Shown: positions 21,046 to 31,734, counted from the first letter of the stretch. The stretch: DNA of 64,000 nt from Promethearchaeota archaeon (GCA_019057865.1 JAHLWP010000020.1:1-64000), one strand, 5' to 3'. Numbers and translations: made by a program. Notes: generated from the sequence alone by a model not told the origin.

Positions 21046-22080
21046 TTGGCTGAATTATTTGATTCATCATCATCATCGGATAAGAATCCTTTTGAAGAAT
21101 TAGCTGTAGTTTATGTCTTATATTTTGATGAAGCTCACGGACATGTTCCTTTATTAATCTATCCAGATGATCGGTATAAAGATGATAAAAAGTTTATGAG
21201 ACCTATCAAATATCATCCAATATGGTTTTTGAGTGCAGATGAACAAGAAGTTCTCGACCATATAGACTTGGAATTTAAAGGTTATACCTATTTTGGTAAA
21301 AAATTTTTAACCATTTCCAAGAGAAAAAAAAGAAGGGCAGGATTACAAGAGGAAACACCTGAAACTATTGTAGTTATTGTATCACTACCAACTAAACTTG
21401 AGATTTTGGGTGATGAACTTATCAAACAATTGACAACTGAGATTAGAGGAAATTTTGAGAAAAATTTATACGAAATTATCGAATCTGAAATCGTGAGAGA
21501 TGCTATAATCAAATCTCCAAAAATCGAAAAATTAATCGAAAAGGGGGATAATATTAAAAGTGAGTTAAGAGAATTGATAGAAAAAATAGTGAATATGTAT
21601 TTTTCTAGCGCAATAAAACAATCTGATACAACTTCAATAAAAATGCAGAAAGCCATCTCTTACTTAGCTTTAAAAGGTATCGATGTGTCTCATATCTCAA
21701 GTGGAGATTATAAAGATTCATTCTCAAGTATTAAACTATTTGATCCTACCGAAAAATCTAAAGTTGATTTTACAAATAAATTTCAATTTTCAATTAAAAA
21801 AGTAAATATAATGGAAGATAGTCAAGAGTTTGAGATTTTAACTCAGAATGATAGTAAGAACGAATTTCATAACCTTATAATTAAAATTATAAATGTAAAA
21901 GAGTATTTCGAAAAAGAAATAATGAATGAACACATTGATATTTGGTTTCCAGAAGAAGAATTAGTTTTTTTTTCACCAATTATACCTCATATTGATGAAT
22001 ATCTATTCTTTATAATAGAAGAAAAAACTAAAGAAAGATTAATGTCAAAAAGAATTGATTTAAATATATTAAGAAATTAA
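21046..22080 (+). CDS. Asgard-type protein with uDENN/longin-like N-terminus
   Basis: VLYFDEAHGHVPLLIYP resembles the FDxxxGP first strand of uDENN/longin domains. Confidence 0.5.
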   Translation: MAELFDSSSSSDKNPFEELAVVYVLYFDEAHGHVPLLIYPDDRYKDDKKFMRPIKYHPIWFLSADEQEVLDHIDLEFKGYTYFGKKFLTISKRKKRRAGLQEETPETIVVIVSLPTKLEILGDELIKQLTTEIRGNFEKNLYEIIESEIVRDAIIKSPKIEKLIEKGDNIKSELRELIEKIVNMYFSSAIKQSDTTSIKMQKAISYLALKGIDVSHISSGDYKDSFSSIKLFDPTEKSKVDFTNKFQFSIKKVNIMEDSQEFEILTQNDSKNEFHNLIIKIINVKEYFEKEIMNEHIDIWFPEEELVFFSPIIPHIDEYLFFIIEEKTKERLMSKRIDLNILRN

Positions 22081-22108
22081 AAAAATTAAAAATAGGGATA
22101 AGAAACTT

Positions 22109-22585
22109 ATGTCCAAAGAAATTATTGAAGAAGAAGAAATAATAATCAGAAATTACAGAACTTCTGATTATCAAGCAACATTAACAATTTTAAGAGAACT
22201 TTCAGATAAATATAATATTGGTATGAAAGAAGAAAAATGGAGAGAATCTTCTGGATTAAGACAATTTAAGCCCAATCTAAAGAGAATTACTTTAGTGGCA
22301 GAAATAAAATCTAAAGGAAAAGTAGTAAGCATGGGGATAATTGAAGCAGTTAAAAATACATTAGGACAATACGTAGGGTATCTAGATAATTGGGCAACTA
22401 AAAAAGAATACATTGGCAAGCATGTCGGTAAGCTCTTAGCAGATAAGGCCATTCAAATTCTAAAATCGTGGGGTTGTGAATCAGTAAGAATCAATCTTGC
22501 TTATGGTTCTACCCAAAAATTAATTGACATATTCGGTAAAACAGGTTTTAAACCTATAATTATCGTATTAGAAAAGAAATTTTAA
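22109..22585 (+). CDS. GNAT-family N-acetyltransferase
   Basis: IRNY start and EYIGKHVGKLL motif-A-like segment. Confidence 0.75.
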   Translation: MSKEIIEEEEIIIRNYRTSDYQATLTILRELSDKYNIGMKEEKWRESSGLRQFKPNLKRITLVAEIKSKGKVVSMGIIEAVKNTLGQYVGYLDNWATKKEYIGKHVGKLLADKAIQILKSWGCESVRINLAYGSTQKLIDIFGKTGFKPIIIVLEKKF

Positions 22586-22859
22586 AATTATTTTATTTTT
22601 TCAAATCTAGATTGAAAGAAGCGTAAATATTTTGGTTCATATACCATTTTTACTCCCACGATAATATGCTTATATATTACTTTATTTTAATATTAAATGA
22701 AATTTCACACTCTAATCAAAAAGAACCTTTCTAAAACTAGATAACATAAAAAGATATATTTTCATAATTATTGAGCTTAGCAACTAACCCTTTAATAAAA
22801 TATTTATATATTCCAGATTACTTACTAATTTTATCAAACTATAAAATTAATTATCTTAT

Positions 22860-23678
22860 GTGATCGAAATGGATAGAAAAGGTCTTATTGGAATCGTCAT
22901 AGCGATTTTTCTTGTAGGTGGATTAACAGGTGGATTTATTGGTTATTTCTTCCCAAGAGAAGAAGAATCAACCACAGGTTCATTTAATGCTGTCATTGAT
23001 GGATATTTCAATGAAGGTGAGGGATGGCAATATTCTGATTGGCAATTTACTGAATATTTATTAACTGATAATGATAATTTAGATTGTTTTAACTTCTTTT
23101 ATGTTCATTTAACACTTTCATCGCTTTATATCTTAGTAGATTTTGTTAGCGATATTACGAATGATACCACCGATGAATATCTTGCTGTCTGGATAGATAC
23201 CGATAATTCTCAAACAATATTCCATAATGATGACGGTTGGAACCTTGATGTTGGTAATCCTGGACATGAACTGCTCTATTTCATACCAGAAACGAAATCG
23301 ATTAATGAAACATTGCGTATTGATATTAATCTCAATCCAAATATATTTTTAACAACTTTAAATGAATCAGAAGCCACAGTTGAGTTTGGATTCCAATCAT
23401 CAATGAATGCAGGACAATTGCATCGAATTTTTGAAATTGAAATAAATAGAGATTCTTTAAGTGCTTTTAATGCTACTAACTTTAATATAGGTTTTCTAGG
23501 TTACGGTACAGTATTTATTCCACTATATTTTTATTCCGGTTTTTGGGGCGCTCCTACCCTATTTTCTTCAGATTTTTATTATTCTAGTTTTTACTTTATT
23601 AAAGGATATATAAAAGAAGCGGCTTTCTTTAAATGTGGATATGGAACTGGTATATATGATTTAAAAAATACACCTTAA
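22860..23678 (+). CDS. Membrane-anchored extracellular protein (possible CBM9/DOMON-like fold)
   Basis: N-terminal TM helix, IDG...W and LYILVD...WIDTDN motifs; acidic composition. Confidence 0.55.
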   Translation: MIEMDRKGLIGIVIAIFLVGGLTGGFIGYFFPREEESTTGSFNAVIDGYFNEGEGWQYSDWQFTEYLLTDNDNLDCFNFFYVHLTLSSLYILVDFVSDITNDTTDEYLAVWIDTDNSQTIFHNDDGWNLDVGNPGHELLYFIPETKSINETLRIDINLNPNIFLTTLNESEATVEFGFQSSMNAGQLHRIFEIEINRDSLSAFNATNFNIGFLGYGTVFIPLYFYSGFWGAPTLFSSDFYYSSFYFIKGYIKEAAFFKCGYGTGIYDLKNTP

Positions 23679-23793
23679 AAATAAATAAATTTTTTTTTTC
23701 TTTCTATATTATTTTTAGTCGCAGTATATGTGACATTTCTATTTAGGCTTTCAATTATTTTAAAGAAAAGATTTTTAGTATTTCATTATTTAC

Positions 23794-25164
23794 TTACAAT
23801 TTATCAAAACGAGCTTGGAAAAACCGTAAATGTTTTGGTTCAAAAACCATTTTTAAACCTGTTATTGAATCTTTTTTATCATAAAGTCTTATTATTGATT
23901 CTGCTGTGTACTCCATATGAGTATTAGTGTACACTCTTCTTGGAATTGTAAGTCTAACAAGTTCTAATTTAGGAAAGATATTTTGACCAGTTTCTTTATC
24001 TCTACCTTTAGAAACTGCCCCTCTTTCCATCGTCCTAACAGCAGAATCCTCATAGATTGTAGCTGAAAGAGTTTGTGCTGGCCATTGGTCCCGCGGAATG
24101 TGTGGTAGGAATTTTAAAGCATCTAGAAAGACCCCATGGCCACCTATTGGTCTTACTATAGAGACTCCCGCTTTCATCAATAATTCGCCTAGATAACGTA
24201 CTTGGTTTATTCTATATTTCAGATATTCATATTGAGCTCCTTCCCGTAAACCAAGAGCAACAGCTTCCATATCTCGGCCGGCCATTCCACCGTAAGTATG
24301 AAGTCCTTCAAATAAAACAACCATTCCCCTTGTATAATCGAATATATCTTTACTATGAGTTGCTAAAAATCCACCCATATTAACTAAGCAATCCTTTTTC
24401 GCGCTATATATACATCCATCTGAATAACTCATCATCTCTCTTAGAATGTCAATTATAGGTGTATTTTCATAACCATTTTCTCGCTCTCTAATAAAATAAG
24501 CATTTTCACTTGACCTAGTGGCGTCAAATATTACTCTTAGTTTATATTCATTACAGAATTCTCTTAATTCTCTCAAATTCTGCATCGATACAGGTTGACC
24601 ACCATTCATGTTAACGTTTAACTCAACGCTTACGAAAGCAATCTTTTCAAGGCCGTATTCATCTATATATGCTTGGAGTTTTTTTAAATCCATATTTCCC
24701 TTAAAAGGGTGTAAATTTTGTGGATCATGTGCCTCATCAATTATAGCATCAATCATAGTTCCTCCTGCTAATTCTACATGAGCTTTCGAAGTTGTGAAAT
24801 ACATATTTCTTGGAACAATTTGTCCTGGATTCGTAAGGTGACTATACATTAAATGTTCCGCACCACGTCCCTGATGAGTAGGAACGATGTATTTATACCC
24901 TAATACCTCTTGTATTGCTTTTTCAAGGTTAAAAAAACTCCGTGCACCAGCATAAGCCTCATCACCCAACATCATTCCTGACCACTGAACATCAGACATA
25001 GCAGATGTTCCTGAATCAGTTAATAAATCGATGTAAACATCCTCAGACTTTAAAAGGAATGTATTATAACCCGCTTCTCGTATGGCTTGACTTCTTCTTT
25101 TTTGATCAGGCATATTAACATGCTCGATCATTTTAATCTTAAAAGGTTCAGGGGGACCGTTCAT
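23794..25164 (-). CDS. tpl: Tyrosine phenol-lyase (beta-eliminating lyase)
   Basis: IDLLTDSGT, HQGRGAE and PLP-lysine SAKKD motifs. NMYFTT, MERG and LRFF favour TPL over tryptophanase. Confidence 0.85.
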   Translation of the reverse strand: MNGPPEPFKIKMIEHVNMPDQKRRSQAIREAGYNTFLLKSEDVYIDLLTDSGTSAMSDVQWSGMMLGDEAYAGARSFFNLEKAIQEVLGYKYIVPTHQGRGAEHLMYSHLTNPGQIVPRNMYFTTSKAHVELAGGTMIDAIIDEAHDPQNLHPFKGNMDLKKLQAYIDEYGLEKIAFVSVELNVNMNGGQPVSMQNLRELREFCNEYKLRVIFDATRSSENAYFIRERENGYENTPIIDILREMMSYSDGCIYSAKKDCLVNMGGFLATHSKDIFDYTRGMVVLFEGLHTYGGMAGRDMEAVALGLREGAQYEYLKYRINQVRYLGELLMKAGVSIVRPIGGHGVFLDALKFLPHIPRDQWPAQTLSATIYEDSAVRTMERGAVSKGRDKETGQNIFPKLELVRLTIPRRVYTNTHMEYTAESIIRLYDKKDSITGLKMVFEPKHLRFFQARFDKL

Positions 25165-25431
25165 TTTAACCTTCTCCTTATTAATTAATTAGTTATAAAT
25201 GAGTTAAGAATAATAATTTGAAAAAGATTTCGGTGTAATCTCCCATAGACTTCCCATTAAGGAAAGCGTTCTCTTAAAAGTTCTTAGAATTGCATGAAAT
25301 CGTTATTTAATTGGGAAGTTACTTTTTTTCTCGAATTTGAGGAAATATTTTAATCTTAATACATTCAAATTCATATATATTATAAAATTTAAAAGAAATT
25401 ACTAAAATCAAATAAGAGGAGAATATTAAAA

Positions 25432-26871
25432 TTGATTGGAATTAAATCGTATGGAGCTTATTTACCCCGGTATTTATTACCAAGAGAACTAATAGGTAAA
25501 GCTTGGGAATTTCCAATAGTTCCTGGCACTAAAGCAGTAGCAATGGCAGATGAAGACAGTCTAACAATGTCAGTTGAAGCTGGTTTAGATTGTTTAGTTG
25601 GAATTGACGCAAAAACTATTGATGGATTATTTTTCGCATCAACAACTCAAGTATATACAGAAAAAGACTCTGCATCATTAATCGCTACTGTATTGGATAT
25701 GAGAGAAGATATTATTACTGCTGATTTTACAGACTCTTTAAAGGCAGGAACCACAGCAGTTACACGAGCAGTAGATACCATTAAGGCAAACAAAGATATT
25801 AAACGCATTCTAGTAGTTGCAGCAGATACTCGAGCACCAGAACCATCAACGATGTGGGAGTATGGATTTGCTGATGGCGCAGCGGCTTTACTTATAGCGG
25901 AAGATGATAATTTACCTTTATCAATTGACGATTATTATTCAGTTTCTGCTAATGTTACTGGACCCTGGAAAAGAGCAGATAAGGACAAATTTATACGAAC
26001 TTTCGAAGTGAAAATGGATGCAAAATTTTATCTTGAAAATATAATCAAAGTAATGTCAGAAATTTTAAAAAGAAATGAATTGAAACCTGAAGATATCGGT
26101 GCTGCTGCATATTATTATAATAATCCTAGAATGTATGGGAGAGTTGCAAGAATGATGAAATTTGCACAAGGAGTCGCGCAAAATAGTGTGTTTTTTCAAC
26201 TTGGTGATTTAGGAACTCCAATGGCATTTGTGCTTTTAATTGGTGCATTAAGAAGACCTAAACCTGATGCAAAAATACTTATGGCAGGATTTGGTGATGG
26301 GGCAGACGCAATCCTAATGCAAGTTCGAGATCGAGATGCCCTACGAAATCTTGGTAAAACAAGAATGGGTTTTATTGGACATCAAAAATCCATGAAAGCC
26401 CTAAAGAATTATAATAAGTTCCTTGCTTTTAAGGAGGTTCTTGAAAAAGATAGATATACTAGAAAGAGCTCTGCTGTAACAATATGGCGCGATACAGCAT
26501 CAGTATATAAATGGTATGGTGTTAAGTGCAAAAGTTGTGGAACTATTCAATATCCTGATATGCTACGTTCTTGTTATGTTTGTAGAGCAGATGATCAGTT
26601 TGAACGCATAAAACTCGCGTTAAAGGGAACTATCTTTACTTATACATTAGATCACTTAGTGGGTGGTGCATACTTAGATATTCCTGTACCTCGATGTGTG
26701 ATTGATTTAGATGGTGGTGGAAGGGTTTTATTAAATATGACCGAAATTGAGAAACCAGAAGAAAATGTTCAAATAGGTATGAGAGTTGAATTAACCTTCA
26801 GAAAAGAACATGAAGGTGCTGAATTTAAAAATTATTATTGGAAATGTCGCCCCGAAAGAGGGAGGCCATAA
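25432..26871 (+). CDS. HMG-CoA-synthase-like protein fused to a DUF35 Zn-ribbon/OB-fold
   Basis: YGAYLPRY, DEDSLTM, ADGAAA, CKSCG...CYVC and GTIFTYT motifs. Confidence 0.85.
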   Translation: MIGIKSYGAYLPRYLLPRELIGKAWEFPIVPGTKAVAMADEDSLTMSVEAGLDCLVGIDAKTIDGLFFASTTQVYTEKDSASLIATVLDMREDIITADFTDSLKAGTTAVTRAVDTIKANKDIKRILVVAADTRAPEPSTMWEYGFADGAAALLIAEDDNLPLSIDDYYSVSANVTGPWKRADKDKFIRTFEVKMDAKFYLENIIKVMSEILKRNELKPEDIGAAAYYYNNPRMYGRVARMMKFAQGVAQNSVFFQLGDLGTPMAFVLLIGALRRPKPDAKILMAGFGDGADAILMQVRDRDALRNLGKTRMGFIGHQKSMKALKNYNKFLAFKEVLEKDRYTRKSSAVTIWRDTASVYKWYGVKCKSCGTIQYPDMLRSCYVCRADDQFERIKLALKGTIFTYTLDHLVGGAYLDIPVPRCVIDLDGGGRVLLNMTEIEKPEENVQIGMRVELTFRKEHEGAEFKNYYWKCRPERGRP

Positions 26872-26887
26872 AGGAGGTTGATAAAAA

Positions 26888-28075
26888 ATGGTAAGAAAAG
26901 GAATAAAGGATAAGGTTGCGATAATTGGCTGTGATATGACTAAATATGGAGAACTTTGGGATAAAAATCAATATGATTTGCTTTTCGAAGCTTTTCATAG
27001 CGCATGTAAGGACACTGGAATTAATAAAGATGAAATTGATGCTAGCTGGATTGGAATATTCTACTATTTCACTGGTCTTTCTGGCGCTATGGTTGAGGAT
27101 ATTTTAAGATTGGATGGGAAGCCCTCTACTAGAGTTGAAAATTTTTGTGCTAGTGGAATGGATGCTTTTAGGAATGCGTCATTTGCCGTTGCTTCAGGAG
27201 CATATGATGTTGTACTTGCATGTGGAGTAGAAAAGTTAATGGATGAGGGAGGTAGTGGACTTCCAGGTTTTAAACTTTTTGGACATCCCTTATATCCGAC
27301 TCCATCTGCACCAGCAATGTTTTCTATGGCCGCAACAAGATGTTTTCATGATTATGGATGGACAAAAGAAGATCTAGCTAGAGTTGCTGTCAAAAATCAT
27401 GATAATGGTTCAGATCATCCAAAAGCACACTTCAGAAGTAAAATCACAATTGATCAGGTAATGAAAGCTCCCATGATCGCTGATCCTCTTGGTCGATTCG
27501 ATTGCTGCGCTATGTCTGATGGAGCAGCTGCCTTAATCTTGACTACACCAGAACTTGCTGAGAGTTACGCTCATGCAGATGATTACATTTTAGTTAAAGC
27601 GAATGCTATTTCATGTAGAACTAACTTTCCGTGGTATATACCTTCCAATGGTCCTGGAGCAGATTTCACCAGTTTTCCTGCAACTGTAAAAGCAGCTGAA
27701 TATGCCTATAAGGAGGCAGGTATTACTGATCCTCGAAAGGAGATCGATTGTGCAGAAGTTCATGACTGTTTTACGATTACAGAATTGATCAATTGCCAGG
27801 ATTTAAAATTCTGTGATCGTGGTCAAGCTGCTGAAGAATTAAAGAATGGAACCTTCAATTGGGACGGTGAAATAGCAGTAAATCCATCAGGTGGTTTAAA
27901 GTCATTTGGTCATCCAATTGGTTCGACAGGCTGCAGAATGTTAACAGAGATTACAAAACAACTTCAAGGACGTGCGGAAGGAAGACAAGTCCCGGATGCT
28001 AAAATTGGATTATGCCACAATCTCGGTGGAGCATTTGCTGTCTGCTCCACTACAATCTTAAGTCAAAGAGATTAA
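26888..28075 (+). CDS. Thiolase (SCP2-type acetyl-CoA acyltransferase)
   Basis: VENFCASG, EVHDCF, NPSGGL.SFGHPIG and HNLGG motifs. Confidence 0.9.
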   Translation: MVRKGIKDKVAIIGCDMTKYGELWDKNQYDLLFEAFHSACKDTGINKDEIDASWIGIFYYFTGLSGAMVEDILRLDGKPSTRVENFCASGMDAFRNASFAVASGAYDVVLACGVEKLMDEGGSGLPGFKLFGHPLYPTPSAPAMFSMAATRCFHDYGWTKEDLARVAVKNHDNGSDHPKAHFRSKITIDQVMKAPMIADPLGRFDCCAMSDGAAALILTTPELAESYAHADDYILVKANAISCRTNFPWYIPSNGPGADFTSFPATVKAAEYAYKEAGITDPRKEIDCAEVHDCFTITELINCQDLKFCDRGQAAEELKNGTFNWDGEIAVNPSGGLKSFGHPIGSTGCRMLTEITKQLQGRAEGRQVPDAKIGLCHNLGGAFAVCSTTILSQRD

Positions 28076-28142
28076 AAAATTCAAATTATTTAAAAAAATT
28101 TTTTTCTTTTAGTTTTTAATTTATTCTTTCATTAATGAAGTA

Positions 28143-28238
28143 AAAAATTATTTAATTTTAAATTAATTTTAGTTAATTATGAGTAATAGTTCATTTAACC
28201 AATTTAGGGGAGACGTAAATACTGACAAAATTAAATTT
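28143..28238 (+). repeat. Diverged copy of the moxR upstream region and first 20 codons (partner at 31699-31794)
   Basis: ATG 28179 gives MSNSSFNQFRGDVNTDKIKF versus MSKSTFNQFRGDVNTERIKY. Both share the upstream AAAAATTATTTAATTTTAAA. Confidence 0.85.
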
Positions 28239-28268
28239 TGTATAATCTAATAATATCATCAATCAATT
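28234..28268 (-). pseudogene. Truncated third copy of the small membrane-peptide gene
   Basis: Reads MIDDIIRLYKI* after a GGAG SD. Bases 28241-28268 are identical to 28584-28611. Confidence 0.7.
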
Positions 28269-28288
28269 TTCACATCTCCTTCACATTT

Positions 28289-28609
28289 TTAATTCTTTTT
28301 ATATTTAATAATTCTATTTATGACTAATTTATTACAAAATCTTCTATTTCGCAATTGGTGAAACTCTTTTATCTTAACTGTTGAATATTTTGTCCCAGAG
28401 GGATAAGTACTGTTATTAAGATCAACGTTTAGAAACACTATAGAAATTGTGAAGAAGGTTACTATTAAAATTATTAAAAAGATTATCCAAAATAAGATAG
28501 AATTAACGAAAGGCTTGCGATTTTTATAAAATAAAATATTATTAATTTCTTTTTTAGTTAGTCCCAATTCTTTTCCTATTTTATATAATCTAATAATATC
28601 ATCAATCAA
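28289..28609 (-). CDS. Small single-TM protein, paralog of 31225-31497 (candidate rSAM substrate)
   Basis: YKIGKE.GL.KK.IN.IL leader, one TM helix, then YPSGTKYSTVK. Confidence 0.75.
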   Translation of the reverse strand: MIDDIIRLYKIGKELGLTKKEINNILFYKNRKPFVNSILFWIIFLIILIVTFFTISIVFLNVDLNNSTYPSGTKYSTVKIKEFHQLRNRRFCNKLVINRIIKYKKN

Positions 28610-28635
28610 TTCTTAAACTTCCCTCATAAATTTTA

Positions 28636-29769
28636 TTATAAAATTTTGTTATTAATAATTCTATGATACAAATTTTTGTATCTTGAAATTATCACATCTA
28701 ATTTGCCTCTTAATGGGAATTTCTGTGAGTTAAAAAATACATTTTCTATTGCCCTTAAACAATAAGGATCATCATAACAATTTAAAGCTAAACTTGTCCC
28801 CAAACATCCTCCTTTACAGTCTTTACTAATATCACAATTTAAACAATAACCTTTTAGGTTTGCTTTTTTAAATCTTTTATTATAGCTAAAAGCATGAGGA
28901 TTTGATAAAATTCTTTTTAAACTTTGATCTCGGATATTTCCTTCAATAAATTCATCTGGCAGAGTTAAACATCCTTTAATATTTCCGTTGCTTTGAATCC
29001 CTAAAACAGAATATCCTGCTTGGCATCCAACCCATGGTTCTAATCCTAAATTTGGTATGAATCTCGAAAAATATCCAAAACAATGTGCGCCGATCAAGGG
29101 CAACCTTGTATATGAATATTTTTTCACATTAGTTGCTATAAACATTGCTAAGGTAAAGTATTCTTCTCTTGAAATAACTAATTCTCTAGGAAAACGTCCA
29201 ATTGGTATAGCTATTTGTATCTGCCATGCGATATTTCGATCTAATAATAACTTTTTAATCTTATCTATTTCTTTTAAGTTTATCTTACTGACTGTAGTAA
29301 TAACACTTACAGGTAATTTTTCTTTTTTTAATTGATTAATAGTATTTAGAGTCTTAGAAAATGCACCTTTAATCCCTCTAAGATAATCATGTGTTTCTGG
29401 CGTTCCTCCATCTAAACTCAAGGATACACAATCCACGCTTAACTTTTTTAATTTTTGAATATGATCTACTGCATTTAATCCATTAGTCACAATGGATAAT
29501 TCCATTTTATTTTTTTTAACTTCTTTTGCGATTTGATACCAGTCTTTTCTTATCAATGGTTCTCCGCCCATTAATGCTACTCCTTTATAGCCACAGGAAT
29601 GTAATTCTTTAACTAGTTTTAATGCTTCATCAGTATTTAATTCATCAAATCGTGCATTTCCAGCTTTAGAACCACAATGAATACAATTACTATTACATTT
29701 TAAGGTAATTTCCCAAACAGCACAAGAGCCTTTGATTCTACTTGTTATCAATGATGTTAAGCTTGGCAT
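28636..29769 (-). CDS. Radical SAM protein with SPASM domain (PqqE/AhbD-like)
   Basis: CNSNCIHC, GGEP, SLDG and a SPASM Cys pattern CQAG...GC...CxxCxxxxxCxGGC...C. Confidence 0.9.
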   Translation of the reverse strand: MPSLTSLITSRIKGSCAVWEITLKCNSNCIHCGSKAGNARFDELNTDEALKLVKELHSCGYKGVALMGGEPLIRKDWYQIAKEVKKNKMELSIVTNGLNAVDHIQKLKKLSVDCVSLSLDGGTPETHDYLRGIKGAFSKTLNTINQLKKEKLPVSVITTVSKINLKEIDKIKKLLLDRNIAWQIQIAIPIGRFPRELVISREEYFTLAMFIATNVKKYSYTRLPLIGAHCFGYFSRFIPNLGLEPWVGCQAGYSVLGIQSNGNIKGCLTLPDEFIEGNIRDQSLKRILSNPHAFSYNKRFKKANLKGYCLNCDISKDCKGGCLGTSLALNCYDDPYCLRAIENVFFNSQKFPLRGKLDVIISRYKNLYHRIINNKIL

Positions 29770-29884
29770 TATAAAATTTGGATTCTTCCTTTTTGAAGAA
29801 GAAAGATTCTAAGCTACCTTATAAATCTTTATTAGTAATTAATATAATTTCGAAAAATCTCAACAAAAAAAATGATTATTTAAT

Positions 29885-31228
29885 CTATCCTCTTGATAAA
29901 TAATTGTCAAGGGAACTAATAGGCTTAAAATTTGGAGAAGGTTCTTTTCCTTTTTTTATCCATATTATCTCTTGATTAATATCATTTCTAATTTTCTTTT
30001 TATTCTCTACTTTGCTAATTTTTAATAATCTTAATGTCCTCCTATAAAATTTTAATGCATGTGCTTTTAAATCTAATTTAATTAAGACTTTTGCTAAATT
30101 CCAAAAATATAGAAAATCATCTCTATATAATTGAATTGCTGTTAATAATTTCTTCCTTGAAATTTCATATTTATCTAAGTAAAATTGCTTTATTCCTTGA
30201 TAAAAAAAATCTTCAGATTTTCTTTTAATAATTATTGGAGAGAAAATATTTATTTCAATTATGCTAAGTTTATTTGATAATTCCTTGAGATGATTTAATT
30301 GTTTCTCTCTCTCATCCTTTGAGAACAATAGTTTTTCAATTAATCGCATTCCAAAAGATTCAATTGATGAGAACACCAATTTTTGTGTCCCAGGAATGAT
30401 CGGCGCGTTCTTTAAAGAATTATATAAAATATTAGGGAAATTAAATTGAATCAAATACTCAATTATCTCACTAATATGCTTTATCTCAAAACTAGAAAAA
30501 TAATTTTTGGTCTTTATTGAATTTAAAAAAGAGCTCGTAATTTCAGGCGATTTAATTAATGCCGCTTTTATTAAATCAAATAATATTTCTTTATTTTTTT
30601 TATGTTCAAATTCCATTAATTTTATTAATATAAACGTTAGTAAATCTTCTTGCTCTTTAGTTAAAAATGAATCTTTAAAATTAACATAATTTTCTATTAA
30701 CATTTTTTTCCGAATATGAGTTAAAATCTGAAAATATTCAGAAAATTCTTCTTTTAAAGGTTTCTTACACTCAATTCTTAGAGTTGGAATTGATTCTGCA
30801 TTATAAAATCTTTTTTTAATTATTTTATTATACCCGATTTTTTCAAGCATTTCTATTAATAATTCTGGTGGATAACATAATTTATGTTGAAGCCCTTCAT
30901 GAGGAATTCCAAATATCCATCCTAAAATCTCTTTTTTCTGTTCAAAATTTGAGTTTAAATAGTGATTAAATGCTTTTTCTATATCGGGGGTTTCAATTAT
31001 TAATTCTCCATTTGATTGTAAAACTCTAAAAAATTCACTTAATGCATAAAGAGCCTTAAAATAACCTAAATGCTCAATTAAGTGAATTACTTTTAATTCT
31101 TCACATGTATTATCAGTAAAATCAAGGTTTATCGCAGACATCTTTTTGTCTGCTAGAATATCTTCATAGAGGTCTATATTACAATAATCGGGGTCATACT
31201 TTTTTCCAGAACCAATATTTAATTTCAT
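29885..31228 (-). CDS. Class I SAM methyltransferase with C-terminal TPR
   Basis: LNIGSG, NID and HLIEHL motifs; TPR-like helices near the C-terminus. Confidence 0.75.
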   Translation of the reverse strand: MKLNIGSGKKYDPDYCNIDLYEDILADKKMSAINLDFTDNTCEELKVIHLIEHLGYFKALYALSEFFRVLQSNGELIIETPDIEKAFNHYLNSNFEQKKEILGWIFGIPHEGLQHKLCYPPELLIEMLEKIGYNKIIKKRFYNAESIPTLRIECKKPLKEEFSEYFQILTHIRKKMLIENYVNFKDSFLTKEQEDLLTFILIKLMEFEHKKNKEILFDLIKAALIKSPEITSSFLNSIKTKNYFSSFEIKHISEIIEYLIQFNFPNILYNSLKNAPIIPGTQKLVFSSIESFGMRLIEKLLFSKDEREKQLNHLKELSNKLSIIEINIFSPIIIKRKSEDFFYQGIKQFYLDKYEISRKKLLTAIQLYRDDFLYFWNLAKVLIKLDLKAHALKFYRRTLRLLKISKVENKKKIRNDINQEIIWIKKGKEPSPNFKPISSLDNYLSRG

Positions 31229-31497
31229 TTTTTATTCTTAAAATCGCGAGTCTTAACTGTTGAATATAATGATCCGCTAGGATAATTTGAATCGGAAGTA
31301 CTTCCTGAAGATACCCCAAAACCAAATATTACACTAAAAAAGAAAAAAAATCCCACTAACGCTATAACTAAAACTAAAATCAATAAGGAAGAATACAGTA
31401 TAGAACTTTTACGCTCAGAAATAAGGATCTGATTAATATCTTTTTTATTTAATCCCATTTCTTTACCAATTTTATAAATTTTGTAAAATTGAATCAT
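31225..31497 (-). CDS. Small single-TM protein (candidate rSAM substrate)
   Basis: YKIGKEMGLNKKDINQIL, one TM helix, then YPSGSLYSTVK. Overlaps the methyltransferase start (ATGA). Confidence 0.75.
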   Translation of the reverse strand: MIQFYKIYKIGKEMGLNKKDINQILISERKSSILYSSLLILVLVIALVGFFFFFSVIFGFGVSSGSTSDSNYPSGSLYSTVKTRDFKNKK

Positions 31498-31734
31498 ATC
31501 TGGTAAAATTTGAAAATTTCACCTCCAATATAAGAAAGAATTATTATTTATTATTATCCCATTTCTTTATATAAATACTTTTAAGCATTAACTTAAATGT
31601 CATAATATTTCAAAGATATAACTTTAATTTCATATTATCATATAGAAAGAAAAATAATTATTTTTTCAATGATGAAAACAAACTTTTTAACAATAGTCAA
31701 AAATTATTTAATTTTAAAACAATTCTAGTTAATC

